This document shows, in pieces, positions 14,991 to 31,584 of a stretch of DNA of 64,000 bases. Position 1 is the stretch's first letter; every line of letters starts with the position of its first letter. Below the pieces are notes generated by a model that saw nothing but the letters and a program-made list of their open reading frames with translations, had not been told where the DNA came from and searched no databases. Position numbers and translations under genes: made by a program. The stretch lies in contig CP068257.2 of NCBI GenBank assembly GCA_009914755.4, positions 34,720,001 to 34,784,000 on the forward strand, given 5' to 3'. This DNA comes from the human T2T-CHM13v2.0 reference genome, Homo sapiens.

Positions 14991-15411
14991 GGGGGGGCAG
15001 GTTGAAAAGGAAGACATAAAGCTCTATTACAGGTTGAGTATCCTTATCTGAAATCTTTGAGACCGGAAGTGTTTTGGTTTGGATTTTTTTGTATTTTGGA
15101 ATGTTTGCATTATGCCTACTGGTTGAGCATTGCAAATCTGAAAATCTGAAATCCAAGGTACTTTCATGAGCATTTCCTTTGGGTATCATGTTGGCACTCA
15201 AAAAGTTTCAGATTTGGAGCAATTTGGATTTTTGGATTTGGGATGTTCAGCTTGTACCAGTAGTTGACAATGTTAAGTACCATTAACCCTTGAACAGCGC
15301 AGTTATTAGGGGGACTGACTACCCCTCAGTCAAAGATCCACGTATAACTCCTCAGAACCTTAAGAGCCTGCTGTTGAATGGAAGCCTTACTGATAACATA
15401 AATAGTTGATT

Positions 15412-15580
15412 AAGCTGGGAATGGTGGCACACATCTGTAGTCCCAGCTACTCAGGATGCTCGAGGCAGAATGATCATGTGAGCCTAGGAGTTTGAAGCTG
15501 CAGTGAGCTGTGATAGTGCCACTGCTTTCCAGCCAGGGTGACAGAGCAAGACCTTTTCTCTAAAAAAAAAAAAAAAGAAA
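15412..15580 (+). mobile_element. Alu right-arm fragment
   Basis: …ggtggcacacatctgtagtcccagctactcaggatgct…gtgccactgctttccagccagggtgacagagcaagacc + poly(A). Confidence 0.75.
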
Positions 15581-15667
15581 ACCATCTATTAACATGTATT
15601 TCATATGTTAAATATATACTGTATTCTTAAAATAAGCTAATGAAAAAATGTTATTAGAAAATCATAG

Positions 15668-16852
<1,185 letters not shown>

Positions 16853-16904
16853 TCAGTTTAATTTTTATACACTGTAATTTCTGTCTGACTTATTTCCATT
16901 TTTG

Positions 16905-17205
16905 TTTTCTTTCTTTCTTTCTTTCTTTTTTTTTTTTTTTTTTTGAGATGGAGTCTCGCTCTGTTGCCCACATCTTGGCTCACTGCAACCTCCGCCTCCC
17001 AGGTTCAAGCGATTCTTCTGCCTCAGCCTCCTGAGTAGTTAGGACTACAGGCACACGCCATCACGCCCGGCTAATTTTTGTGTGTTTAGTAGAGATGGGG
17101 TTTCCCCATATTGGCCAGGCTGGTCTTGAACTCCTGACCTTGTGATCCGCCCGCCTCTGTCTTCCAAAGTGCTGGGATTACAGGCGTGAGCCACCGTGCC
17201 CAGTG
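16905..17205 (-). mobile_element. Alu (antisense; small internal deletion)
   Basis: (tttc)n poly(T), gagatggagtctcgctctgttgcccacatcttggctcactgcaacc…gcgtgagccaccgtgcccag. Confidence 0.85.
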
Positions 17206-17219
17206 CATTTTTATTTTCA

Positions 17220-18830
17220 TAAAAATATCTCTGTACAGTACCAATCCTTCTTACACTGTCTGCTTCAGTTTCAGTGCCTGTATCATAGAAGTGTCCATGT
17301 TGTAAAAGAAATCAAAAGCAGTCTTGAATAATTGGAACCCACCTGCTGGATTGTCTAATGTCAGTTTGTTGTCTGGGCACTGCTTCTTCTGTCTTCTTCC
17401 TCACTGTCTAACACTGGTTCAGAAACACTCATCTCCATCAAGTAGGCTTCAGTTGATTTCCTCAGGTGTGGTGTCTGTTCGCTCTTGAATTCCTGCAACA
17501 TCCATATCTTGAAACTTTTTGCCCTCTACCTTTTTTTTCCTGTATATCCACAATCTCTCTGATGATTTCCTCAACTGGCTATCTTGTAAATACTGTGAAG
17601 TCATGCACAACATGTGGACATAGCAGGAATTTATTGTTTTGAGCTTGATTTCTTTCACAGCTTTTTCTGTACTTAATAATGGCATCGTTATTCTAGACTT
17701 TCATGATGTTTTCTCTGTCAGAATTGTCTTCCACAGCGTTAACAATCTTTTCCGTAGATTTGCTGTGTGTAATGAGCCTTAAAGGTCTTATGACCCTCCT
17801 TGTTATCTAGAGGCTGAATTAGAGACATTGTGTTTCGGGACAAGTAGACCACTTGGATGCCTTTGGTGTTGAAGTCATGGGGTTATGGGTGGCCAGGGTA
17901 CCTTGTCCAATATCAAAAGAACTGTAAAAGGCAGTCCTTTACTGGCAAGTTAATTCCTGACTTCAGGAACAAAGCATCAATAGACCCAGTCAGAAAAAGA
18001 ATTTCTCATCCAGGCCTTCTATTTGTGCAACCAAAAGACTGGCAGCTGGTGTTTGTCTTTTCTCTTCAAGGCTTAAGGGTTAGCATCTTTATAGATAATG
18101 GCAGTCCTGATCATAAACCTGACTACATTTGCACAAAGCAGTAGGGTTAGCCTGTCCGTTCTTGGACTTAAATCCTGGTTTATGCTCCTCTTTTTTGCTA
18201 ATAAGTGTTCTTTGTGGCATTTTTTCCCAGAATAGAGTACTTTTGTTTGCATTAAAAACCTGTTCAAACAGGCTGGGCATGGTGGCTCATCCCTGTAATC
18301 CCAGCACTTTGGGAGGCTGAGACAAGAATAGCTTGAGGCCAGGAGTTCGAGAGCAGCCTGGGCAAAAAAGCAATACCCTGTCTCTACAAAAAATGAAAAA
18401 AAAAAAAAATTAGCCAGGTGTGGTGGCAAGTGCCTGTGGCCCCAGCTACTCAGGCGCCTCAACCTACATATCAAGCAATTTATACTTTTTCTTATATTAT
18501 GACTTTGCTTCTTGGGAAAACAACTGGCATCACTAGTGGCAGTTCGTGTGGGTCCTGTGGTGTTTTTCAAGGTTTACAGTATTGCACTAAACGATTTTTA
18601 CTGCAATATAAAATTTCTTGGAGATGCTTACATGGAGATAAGCATGTCATAAGGCACTTGAAGCAAATAAAAAACTTGAGCCCATCAAAATAGCAACAGG
18701 AGGTGGCTATGAAATTACTATAATAATATTGTATGTATATAATTAATCTTATGCAGTTATAATTTAAGACTGCATCTTTGTTTACATTTCTCTTGACTGC
18801 AAATGAAACCACCTACAGTCTGTATATGCT
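17220..18830 (-). mobile_element. Tigger/pogo-family DNA transposon remnant (transposase pseudo-ORF), interrupted by an Alu at 18270-18455
   Basis: Minus-strand translation …NKSTLFWEKMPQRTLISKKEEHKPGFKSKNGQA… resembles Tigger transposase …[31 protein letters not shown]…. Likewise …RLTLLLCANVVRFMIRTAIIYKDANP resembles [27 protein letters not shown]. The reading frame is broken by stops and frameshifts. Confidence 0.5.
18270..18455 (+). mobile_element. Alu (3'-truncated), inserted into the Tigger remnant
   Basis: ggctgggcatggtggctcatccctgtaatcccagcactttgggaggctgag…attagccaggtgtggtggcaagtgcctgtggccccagctactcagg. Confidence 0.85.
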
Positions 18831-19227
18831 TCAGTCTTGATAAATTTTAACTTTTTAAATAGCTTTGTGTATATTTTATGGTAGTAAATTATAAAATAGA
18901 CTAGTATTTGCATGTTTTATGCATTCATGACATATCTAACTTATTCTTAATTTTTTGGATATTTCTGGGCAATGCAGTTCTTGGAAGTTTTTTTCAAATT
19001 GTTATAACTCTCTAAAAAATTTTCTAATTTATTGAAAGAAAATTGTGTATAAGTGCAGTTCAAACCTGTGTTGTTCAAGGGTCACCTATACCTTGAATGT
19101 TCTTTATTAACTATATGTTTTGGAGTTTTTTCTCTTCACAGTGTCTATGTACTCATTACTAGATTATTTATGATTTATGTTTGAAAAGAATTTTTTCTTG
19201 AATTGATTTTATGATTTACTTTTTAAG

Positions 19228-19332
19228 ACTTACAATAACAGCACTAGGAGAAAAGCTGAATGATTACTGGAATGAAATGAAAGTGAAGAAAAATACAGAA
19301 TATCCTCTAAATTTGCCAGTTGAAGATATACA
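19228..19332 (+). CDS. MORC3: MORC3 coding exon: (R)[34 protein letters not shown](Q)
   Basis: Acceptor tttttaAG|A at 19226-19227. Donor ATA CA|GTAAGT at 19333. AG+A gives Arg, which joins the previous exon in frame. Confidence 0.85.
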
Positions 19333-20049
19333 GTAAGTACATTTTTAAAACATATCATTTCACTTAGATATCAAGATGTGGTATTAGAGAGTAAAGGCAT
19401 TGTACAATGTTTCACAAACTTAGGACTGTAACTCATAGGAATAAATTCTGCAACATGAATTAGCGCACTGCAAAATCAGTGAATAGAATGTAAACCTGTA
19501 TACATGCACACAAAACATCCATAAAACAATGTTTACCCATATGTGATGCATGTTAATGTTATTTCATTTTAAGATGCTATGGATGGATTATATAATAGTT
19601 TGAAAAACACTGGTATAGTGTATCATTAGGATGATGGGGCTGAAACCCAACTTGAGTTCATATTCTCATTCTGCTTAAGTAGCCATGTGGCATTGAACAT
19701 ATTACTTGGCCTCTTGTAAGCCTCCATTTTCTTGTGTATAAAATGGGAACATTAAGAGCATTTGCCTCCTCGAATTATATGAATTAAATAATATGCCTGA
19801 CAGTCACTTAGTAACACATCACAGGATAACAGTCCTATAAATGAATGAATGAACAATATCTGTGTGTTCTTTATCTGTGTGTTCTTTATACATTATTATA
19901 CATAATTTATACATTATACATATTATTCATAATTTATACATTATTACAAAGATAACCAAGATATATAATGAAAAACAAGAAAGATGCAGCTCAGTGTATA
20001 GACTTCCCATCGTACTTTTCAATTTTTTTATATTTAAAAAAAGTTTTAT

Positions 20050-20157
20050 ACAGGTGGGGTCTCCCTGTGTTGCCCAGGCTGGTCTCAATGTCCTGGGTCC
20101 AGGTGATCCTCCCACCCAAAGTGCTGGGATTATAGGCATGAGCCACCGTGCCCAGCT
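20050..20157 (-). mobile_element. Alu left-monomer fragment (antisense)
   Basis: …ctgtgttgcccaggctggtctcaatgtcctgg…gggattataggcatgagccaccgtgcccagc. Confidence 0.75.
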
Positions 20158-20252
20158 TGTATTTTTTTAATGTGTCAGTATACACATGCATACTTTATAA
20201 GCATAGAAAATTTCTGCTAGTATTTTAAAAATTAGCAGTGGTAATTTCCTGA

Positions 20253-21034
<782 letters not shown>

Positions 21035-21080
21035 CTATTGACATTAAGGTGAAGTTTTCATATGTAAAATAAGTCTACAT

Positions 21081-21220
21081 AGGCTGTATCCAGTGGGTCA
21101 CGCCTGTAATCCCTGCACTTTGGGAGGCCAAGGCAGAAGGATTGCTTGAACTCAGGAGTTGGAGACCAGGCTGGGCAACGTGGTGAGACCTATCTCTTAA
21201 AAAAATAAATAAATAAAGTA
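21081..21220 (+). mobile_element. Alu left-monomer (FLAM-like) fragment
   Basis: ggctgtatccagtgggtcacgcctgtaatccctgcactttgggaggccaaggcag…A-rich. Confidence 0.75.
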
Positions 21221-21282
21221 GAAGCAAAAAATAATTAAAAAAATAAAAGAATATATACAAGTTCTTTACAGGAATTATTGTG

Positions 21283-21588
21283 ATTTTTCTTTTTTTTTTG
21301 TTTTTGAGGTAGAGGCTTGCTCTGTCGCCCAGGCTGGAGTGCAGTGGCGCAATCTCGGCTCACTGCAAGCTCTGCCTCCTGGGTTCATACAATTCTCCTG
21401 CCTCAGCCTCCTGAATAGCTGGGACTACAGGAACCCGCCATCACGCATGGCTTATTTTTTGTATTTTTAGTAGAGATGGGGTTTCACCGTGTTAGCCAGG
21501 GTAGTCTCGATCTCCTGACCTCATGATCCACCCGCGTCAGCCTCCCAAAGTGCTGGGATTACAGGCATGAGCCACCGCGCCCAGCCTT
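21283..21588 (-). mobile_element. Alu (antisense)
   Basis: poly(T), gaggtagaggcttgctctgtcgcccaggctggagtgcagtggcgcaatctcggctcactgcaagctctgcctcc…catgagccaccgcgcccagcc. Confidence 0.9.
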
Positions 21589-21914
21589 GATTTTTAAATG
21601 AGAAAAATATGAAAGCATTTTGTAAACTAAAAGTATACTAATTTTAGTTATTCAGAAATAAGAGGGCAAAAGTGTCTTATTTAAAGTTACTTAAATTATA
21701 ACAACAGAATTCTGTTTTCTGGACTTGAGTGATTTATTATGCTAATAAATACAATATATTGTAGATTTAACATTGTAGACACTAAACATAAAGTTCAGGG
21801 CAAGGCATTTGAAATATTAAGTTATAGAAAAAATTTAATGCTATTAAGACATAAGTCACATTGTTCAAATTGGCTTGTGACTTTTAATCTTTTGAAGGTA
21901 ACCAAAATGGTTGT

Positions 21915-22043
21915 GTTTAATTTTTGAGAGATGGGGTCTCACTATGTTGCCCAGGCTGGCCTCATACTCCTGTGCTCAAGCGATTCTCCAACCTCAGCCT
22001 CCTGAGTATCTGAGACTAAGGTGTATGCCACCACACCCAGCTC
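21915..22043 (-). mobile_element. Alu fragment (antisense)
   Basis: gagatggggtctcactatgttgcccaggctggcctcatactcctg…gtgtatgccaccacacccagc. Confidence 0.7.
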
Positions 22044-22084
22044 AAAATAGTTGTTTTTAAAATGTATTTCTAAAAAATACCTGC

Positions 22085-22420
22085 TTTAGCCTCCCAAATT
22101 ATAGGCATGAGCTACCGTGCCTTGCCTTGCCTTTTCTCTTTTCTTTTCCTTTCCTTTCCTCTCCTTTTTTTTTTTTTTTTTTTTTTGACAGGATCTTACT
22201 CTGTAGCCTAGGCTGGAGGTCAGTAGCATGATTTTGCAACCTCTGCCTCCTGGGCTCAAGCAATCCTCCCACCTCAGCGTCCCAAGTAGCAGGGACCACA
22301 GGTGTGCATTACCACTCCCAGTTAATCTTTGTGTTTTTTTGTAGAGACAGGGTTTCACCATGTTGTCCAGGCTGGTCTCTAACTCCTGGGATTATAGGCA
22401 TGAGCCGTCGCACCCAGCCT
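22085..22420 (-). mobile_element. Alu (antisense; rearranged or deleted)
   Basis: …gcctcccaaattataggcatgagctaccgtgcc…(ctttc)n poly(T) gacaggatcttactctgtagcctaggctggag…ggattataggcatgagccgtcgcacccagcc. Confidence 0.8.
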
Positions 22421-22559
22421 AATTTTGAAAGAGTTACGTCATAATTTTTAGGAAAGGAATTAAATAATGGCATCTTGTGGTAGAAATGATGTGGAACATC
22501 TGATGAAGTATTTAGAGTCCATATTTCTGTGTTAATATTTTGTTCTTGTTTTGGGACAG

Positions 22560-22682
22560 GAAGCGTCCTGATCAGACATGGGTTCAGTGTGATGCCTGTC
22601 TAAAGTGGCGGAAATTACCTGATGGGATGGATCAACTTCCTGAAAAATGGTATTGCTCCAATAACCCTGACCCACAGTTCAG
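22560..22682 (+). CDS. MORC3: MORC3 coding exon encoding the CW-type zinc finger: (Q)[40 protein letters not shown](R)
   Basis: Acceptor ttgggacAG|G at 22558-22559. Donor TTC AG|GTACCA at 22683. Shows the W-x2-C-x2-C…W-x-C CW-domain signature. Overlaps ORF 22540..22743. Confidence 0.85.
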
Positions 22683-22788
22683 GTACCATAGAGTTGGTAG
22701 TACCCTTTTTGGAAAGACGGAAAGTACTGTTCACAGTGTATGAATAGGCGCTGGTGACATGTTATTCCTATGTGATTTTTCTGAATAG

Positions 22789-22863
22789 AAATTGTGAGGT
22801 TCCAGAAGAACCTGAAGATGAGGATTTGGTACATCCCACTTATGAAAAAACCTACAAAAAGAC
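22789..22863 (+). CDS. MORC3: MORC3 coding exon: (R)[24 protein letters not shown](T)
   Basis: Acceptor ttctgaatAG|A at 22787-22788. Donor AAG AC|GTGAGT at 22864. Confidence 0.8.
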
Positions 22864-23128
22864 GTGAGTGTTGTATTGATGTATAGTGGGTAATAATGCC
22901 CAGATCATGAACAGTGATGCCTTGGCAACATTATTTGATGCTTCTCCAAGGTAAAGCACCTGTAACTGAAAAAGTTTATAATGTGGAGTGCGTAATATCA
23001 AGGGCTTTAAAAACAAAAACTTATGCTGTGGATACCTGCTGTTTATTTCATGCTTATTGCTGCCATATGTGCGGATGTTTTGTGTAAGAGCAGTCTGCTG
23101 TTGTGAGCTGTATGCAGAGGAATCATTA

Positions 23129-23690
<562 letters not shown>

Positions 23691-23864
23691 GATAGTGGAA
23701 GTGGGACAGATGCTGAATAAGGATAGTCAGCCAGTGGAGACTTCAGGCTAATCTACCACACACAGAAGGCCAGGTTACTAAGAGCCTTTCAGGTGGCTTT
23801 GATTTGTAGTGTACTATTCTTTAGTGAAATCCAGCAATAGTATTGGAAGTATAGAAACCTATGT

Positions 23865-24485
<621 letters not shown>

Positions 24486-24777
24486 CTATGTGATGTTCTA
24501 GTTCAAAAGCCTGTGATTCTGGACTGAGTTATCTGGTCTTAGTGGAGAAAAAAACACCAAAGATCTGCAGTTTATACCGGTGAGGATGGAAAAATTCAGG
24601 CTAAAATTAGGGTGCTACTGAGATAAAAGGTAGAAAGTATTTCCTGAAGGGCTTACTGTTGATTATATTGAAATAGAAGCAGAGTTCAGAGTACCTTAGT
24701 AACTGCATAAATGGCAGGTATGTCATTGGGAAATGGGATTGAGAAATAACAACATGTTTTTCATCTTTATTTTAAAG

Positions 24778-24823
24778 CAACAAGGAAAAATTCAGGATCA
24801 GACAACCGGAAATGATCCCTCGG
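24778..24823 (+). CDS. MORC3: MORC3 coding micro-exon (46 nt): (T)NKEKFRIRQPEMIPR
   Basis: Acceptor tttaaAG|C at 24776-24777. Donor CCT CGG|GTAATT at 24824. AC+C gives Thr, so the frame is continuous. Confidence 0.75.
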
Positions 24824-24830
24824 GTAATTA

Positions 24831-25272
<442 letters not shown>

Positions 25273-25737
25273 AGCTTTCCATTTTATAGCTGTGTCTTAT
25301 ATTGTGTAGTGCTTAGTTTAATCAGTAGTGAATGTTAAAGTTTAATACATATCAAAGGGATTTGGTTTATTTAGTTCATTTTCTTCTCTTGTACTTCTGC
25401 TTGCCCACCTTTCCAACTCTTCCTAATCCAACATCATTCAAACTGTTAGTTTGATTGTTTAGTTGGGTATCTTCTGAGGAAAGGCAAACAAACTTTAAAA
25501 ATTGTACTGTTAGATAAGCAGTTAAGGAAGACATCCCAGGAACACCCAGGAAGCCATATTTTAGTGCTAACCGGGACAAAAGCCATAGTGTTTTTCCCAG
25601 TGTTGACTACTCTGCCTGGCCTCTCTCTTCTGTCTTAATACTTACTGTGTTAAAGAGCTTTGGTTGAGTATAGATTCTCCTAGGCTTACCGTAGAGTTAC
25701 ATCCTGATAAGCCCATTATAAGTTGAAAATGTTTTTA

Positions 25738-26030
25738 GCCGTGGTGGCTCATGCCTGTGTTCCCAGAACTTTGGGAAGGTGAGGTGGGCGATCACTTGAG
25801 GCCAGGAGTTCGAGACCAGCCTGGGCAATATGGCAAAACCCTGTCTCTACTAAAAATATAAAAAATAATGTGGTGGCAGGCACTTGTAATTCCAGCTACT
25901 CAGGAGGCTGAGGCACAAGAATTGCTTAAACCTGGGAGATGGAGGTTGCAGTGAGCCAAGATCACACCACTGCACTCCATCCTGGGGAACAGACTGAGAC
26001 TCTGTCTCAAAAAAACAAAAAACAAACAAA
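25738..26030 (+). mobile_element. Alu
   Basis: gccgtggtggctcatgcctgtgttcccagaactttgggaaggtgaggtggg…A-rich tail. Confidence 0.85.
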
Positions 26031-26687
26031 ATATTGTTATCAAAAATGCATTTAATACACTTAACCTATTGAATATCATAGCTTCGCCTAGCCTACCTTA
26101 ATTGTGCTCAGAACTCTTATATTAGCCTACATTGGGCAGTCATCTGACAGTCTGTTTTATCATAAAGTGTTGAGTATCTCATGAACTTTATTGAATACTG
26201 AAAGTGAAAAACAAAACAAAAATGATTGCTTGAGTACTCGAAGTACAGTTTCTGCTGAATGGGTATTGCTTTTGCACCATCATAAAGTTGATGCCATTGT
26301 AAATCAGGGGCCATCTGAATGCAAGTAGGCAGTTGTGCTTCTTGCTTGAGAAGTTTGGGTCTTGATAAGTCTAGTAGCAAAGAGGTCACCACATGGTAAA
26401 TCTTTTTGGCTTTGTGGGCCACATAAAGTCTCTGTTGCATATTCTTTGTTTTGTTGCTTTGTTTCTTCACACCTTTTAAAAATACAAAGCCATTCTTAGC
26501 CTACTTGCAGGCTGGATTTAGTTCATTGGTTTACTTGTTGATTCCTGGTATAGCACAAGGAATTTACATGTTTGGAATTGTTTTTGTGTCTTCTGGGATA
26601 AGGGGGAAGAGGAAGATTATATCTTGTGTTTTGGGCATGTCACACTAGAAATAGTTCCTTTAAGGTGATGATTTTTCCCTCCAACAG

Positions 26688-26854
26688 ATTAATGCTGAAC
26701 TGTTGTTTCGGCCAACTGCTCTTTCAACTCCAAGCTTTTCTTCTCCTAAGGAAAGTGTTCCAAGAAGACATCTTTCAGAAGGAACAAATTCTTATGCGAC
26801 AAGACTTCTAAATAATCATCAAGTTCCACCTCAGTCTGAACCTGAGAGCAACAG
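26688..26854 (+). CDS. MORC3: MORC3 coding exon: [55 protein letters not shown](S)
   Basis: Acceptor ctccaacAG|ATT at 26686-26687. Donor AAC AG|GTCAGT at 26855. Overlaps ORFs 26626.. and 26703.. Confidence 0.85.
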
Positions 26855-27079
26855 GTCAGTGGCTAAGATTGGTTTTCCATTTGGGGAATATTAAACAGAG
26901 CTTTTACTTGACACTTCTGTGACAGTGATGCAATTCGGGATCATTGTAGGTTCCATTGTGAATTGTAGGTTCCATGAATGTGAAAATCTTCAGGACAAAT
27001 TGTCTTGCTTTTATTGTCTAAACTTAGGCTAAACCCTACTTCTGCCACCTGTTAAATTCGTTAAAAAGTATTAATTGAC

Positions 27080-27250
27080 CAGCCTGGCCAACATGGCAAA
27101 ACCCCATCTCTACTACAAATACAAAAAAATTAACCAGGCGTGGTGGCGGGCACCTGTAATCCCAGCTACTCCAGAGGCGGAGGCTGAGGCTGAGGCTGAG
27201 GCTGCACCCCAGCCTGGGCAACAAGAGCAAAACTCCGTCTCAAAAAAAAA
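27080..27250 (+). mobile_element. Alu fragment with internal (GGCTGA)n
   Basis: ccagcctggccaacatggcaaaaccccatctctact…gcgtggtggcgggcacctgtaatcccagctactccagaggcggaggctgaggctgaggctgaggctgcacc…poly(A). Confidence 0.75.
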
Positions 27251-27342
27251 AAGCATTAATTGTATTCATTGTAGAGTTTGATCGCATTCTCACCTGTTTG
27301 AATTTCTATATAGTATGACAATTCCTGCTTTTAAGATGATCA

Positions 27343-27741
<399 letters not shown>

Positions 27742-28184
27742 TTAATTTATTGGAGGAGTGGATGGAGAAGGAAGGGACAAAGAGAAAGTGATGCATGAAT
27801 TGAATAGTTAGCCATCTTGACTGGATTGATCAGCGAAGGCTTTGTGATGAGGTGGTACTTACGTTGGTTCCTGAAGTTCTGAAAACAGTAGTCTTGTAGA
27901 TGGCCTCTTCCAATTTAATAGAATGAAGACAAGTGAAGAAGAATGAATGTGATGTCTACAAACGAGTGGATCACACTGACTATACTGATGTTTGTTATTC
28001 GAAGAGGAACATTGAAACAAGCTTCTCTAAGATAGTGGGGCCAGATTTTTTTTGAGATGTTTTGTAACTTTTATCAAATTCTCAAAGGAATTTTTGACCC
28101 CAAGGAAGATTATAAATAACTAACTGCCTTTATGCATATATAAATCAAAGAGGGCATATTCTAGAATAGTTTGCTCTTCCTTTC

Positions 28185-28478
28185 TTTATTTTTTTGAGTC
28201 GGAGTTTGGCTTTTGTTGCCCAAGCTGGAGTGCAATGGTGCAATCTCAACTCAATGCAACCTCCGACTCCTGGTTCATGCGATTCCCCCACCTCAGCGTC
28301 CCGAGTAGCTGGGGTTACAGGCACGCACCACCATGCCTGGCTAATTTTTTGTATTTTTAGTAGAGACAGGTTTTCACTGTGTTAGCCAGGATAGTCTCGA
28401 ACTCCTGACCTCAGGTGATCCGCCCGCCTCGGCCTCCCAAAGTAATGGGATTACAGGTGTGAGCCACAGCACCCGGCC
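28185..28478 (-). mobile_element. Alu (antisense)
   Basis: poly(T), gagtcggagtttggcttttgttgcccaagctggagtgcaatgg…gtgtgagccacagcacccggcc. Confidence 0.9.
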
Positions 28479-28639
28479 AGTTTGCTCTTTATAACCTGTG
28501 TATTGGACACTCATTTTGGAGCTGGATTGCTACTTTATTAAGAACTCATATTTTACAGTTCTCCTTAACATTTTTGGCTTTTCTTTGTAAGGATGGTTTT
28601 GTAGTTTATAGATAAGAGATTAAAGGTATTTTTAATGAT

Positions 28640-28990
28640 TTTAACTTTTAGATTCAGGGTACATGCAGGTTTGTTACATGGGTATATGGCGTGATCCTGA
28701 GGTTTGGGGTATGAATGATACCATCGCCCAGCTATTGAGCATAGTACCCAATATGTAGTTTTTCAGCCCTGCCCACCTCCCTTCCTCTCTCCCCACTGTA
28801 GTGGTCCCCAGTGTCTATAGTTCCCATCTTTATGTCCATGTGTACCTAGCACTTACTCCCACTTATAAGTGAGAACATGAAGTATTTGGTTTTCTGTTCC
28901 TGCCTTAATTCCCTTAGGATAAAGGCCTCCAGCTGCATTCATGTTGTTGCAAAGGACATTATTTCTTTCTTTTTTATGGCTGCAAAGAAA
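28640..28990 (+). mobile_element. L1 fragment (L1P-like)
   Basis: gggtacatgcaggtttgttacatgggtatat…cccacttataagtgagaacatgaagtatttggttttctgttcctg…ttgttgcaaaggacat matches a widespread L1 segment. Confidence 0.5.
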
Positions 28991-29059
28991 ATTTTTTAAA
29001 AGTTGGCCGTCATCAAAATGGAAGACAAGAATAAAGAGGGAAATTTTTGATTAAACAAC

Positions 29060-29350
29060 TTTTTTTTTTTTTGAAACAGAGTCTTTCTCTGTCACCCAGC
29101 CTGGAGTGCAGTGGCATAATCTGTTTACTGCAACCTCTGCCTCCTGGTTCAAACAACTCCCCTGCCTCAGCCTCCTGAGTAGCTGAGATTACAAATGTAC
29201 ACCGCCATGCCCTGCTAATTTATTGTGTTGTAGTATAGATGGGGGTTCACCATATTGCCCAGGCTGGTCTCAAACTCCTAAGCTCAGGCAATCTGCCTGC
29301 CTCGGCCTCCCAAAGTGCTGGGATTACAGGCGTGAGCCACTTTGCCCGGC
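29060..29350 (-). mobile_element. Alu (antisense)
   Basis: poly(T), gaaacagagtctttctctgtcacccagcctggagtgcagtggcat…gcgtgagccactttgcccggcc. Confidence 0.9.
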
Positions 29351-31194
29351 CTATTAAACAGTTTTTAAAGCCGTATTCTCAAATTTATAAACCAAAGTTT
29401 GTGGAAAGGGTGTATCTAAGTCTTAGGAAATATAAATAGGAATGAGCTTGGTAAGAAAAAGAATAGAGTAACTCCAAATTAAACAGGGCAGAGTAAGCAA
29501 GAAGTACTTGATACAGCAAACCAAGGGAAGCTGAAACCTAAGCTGCTGGAGGATGGTAGAAACCAGTTTACGCCACAGGTCCCTAGAAAGTCTCCTAACT
29601 TGGAAGCATTGGGGACTGCTGAAGGTGGAAGATAGATAGGGGTGAGAACCAGAGGCTTGGTTGGAAACTTAAAGTCGAGACCTCTTTCCAACCTGCAAAG
29701 TCTGGTGAGTGCCCTTTCTCTGCCTCTGTCAGAAGATAGGGAATTTACTTTATGGAGCAGTTTTTACTGCTGAAGATGTACATGAGCCATTGTTTTGAAA
29801 CAGAATGAGTAAGGGAAAGTTTGGATACTGAATGGTCAGAAATCCACCCTTCCCTCCTCACTGGGCTCCAAGAGAGAAGCCCTAAATGATGATGGCAGTT
29901 TGAGCACCCTTTGAATCACAAGCTCAGCCCTAACTACTGCTAGTCAGTTTCACTCTTAGGTATACGCAGATCGCCCTGGATAGCCACATGTGTCATCTCC
30001 CACATGGGACAGCAGACTGAAACAAAGGGAATAGAAGAAAACATTGTGAAATTTATTGGGGGAAAGTGATGTAAACTTGAATAAATAAATCATTTAGAAT
30101 GAAAAGCTTAACAGTCGGAAGATAGAGAAAGAAGAAAAGATACAGTATCTGTGCTGGAAAGCCACCATCTGAATAAGGGAGTTTCAGAATGGGACGTAGG
30201 CACTGGTATGGTGTAGCAAACATAGCTGCCTTCCAGAATGGGAAATCATACCAGAAAAACTGCATTTCCACTAACTACAGAGCATAATGTCTGGAAGGAG
30301 AGCCACTCAAAGACATAGGATCATGACATTTTTTTAACGCAGGGAATAAAAGATTTTTTCAGAAAGAAACAGATTATGTACGGGCAAGAGATGAGGAATT
30401 AGAATGGCAGAAACACTTGAATGGCAGATGAAAATGGAATGATGCTTTTAAATTTCTGAGAAAATAATTTTTCAACCCGGAAGCCTATATAACAGTTAAG
30501 CTAGCAATAGACTTGAGAGAGAAATAAAGATGTTTTCATCATGCAAAACTTTGCGTTTGTTATGTTCTGTGTACCCTTCATTAAGATGCTGTTGCAGGCT
30601 GTGCTCGCCCAATATGAGACAGTCCAAAAAAGAGGAAAATCCTTCCTGAGATCTAGGAGGTCTAACACAAGGCCCAAATAGCAAACCAGTACAAATATTC
30701 CTCCAAGTGTGGAAAAAGGCAATCAAATGGTGATAAATAAATGTGAACTATGCACATATTAACATGAATGAACAGGGAATGATGCAAATGAAGAAATTGG
30801 GGCAATTTTAATTCAGATAAAATTATTTCATATGAAAGGATAAATACTGGTTTGCTTTATGGCTTATCTTTGATCACTGATTACTGATAAAAATTATTAT
30901 GGGCAAATGAAAATGGTGGTGCCATTCCCTGAGCTGAAGAATACAAAGAAGGGGCCGGGGTGGGTAGCATTCTGTTCTGGAAATGTGTACATTGAAATGC
31001 CTGGAGGTGATCAAATGCAGAGATGTTTGGCAGTAAATAGATCTGGTACTTCAAAGAGATCTCAATAGTCCATCGTCTTCATCTGTAAAAAGAGAAAATA
31101 ATCTCTACTTCATTAAATCAGTGATTGGTACTATACAATGCGTCACTTTAAAAAATGAGCCTGGGTATTTCTTAGTATTGCAAAACTTATAGCT

Positions 31195-31490
<296 letters not shown>

Positions 31491-31584
31491 TTACAATACT
31501 GCATTTGTTAGAATGATTACTTCAAGGTCATCTATTTTGTCCATATTTTATAATCTTATGTTTTATGTATAAAATTTTTTTCAG

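Noticed and set aside
18073-18570. 165-aa minus-strand ORF
   Set aside because: It is a chimera of an Alu (…[11 protein letters not shown]…) and the decayed Tigger transposase. It is used only as evidence for the transposon remnant.
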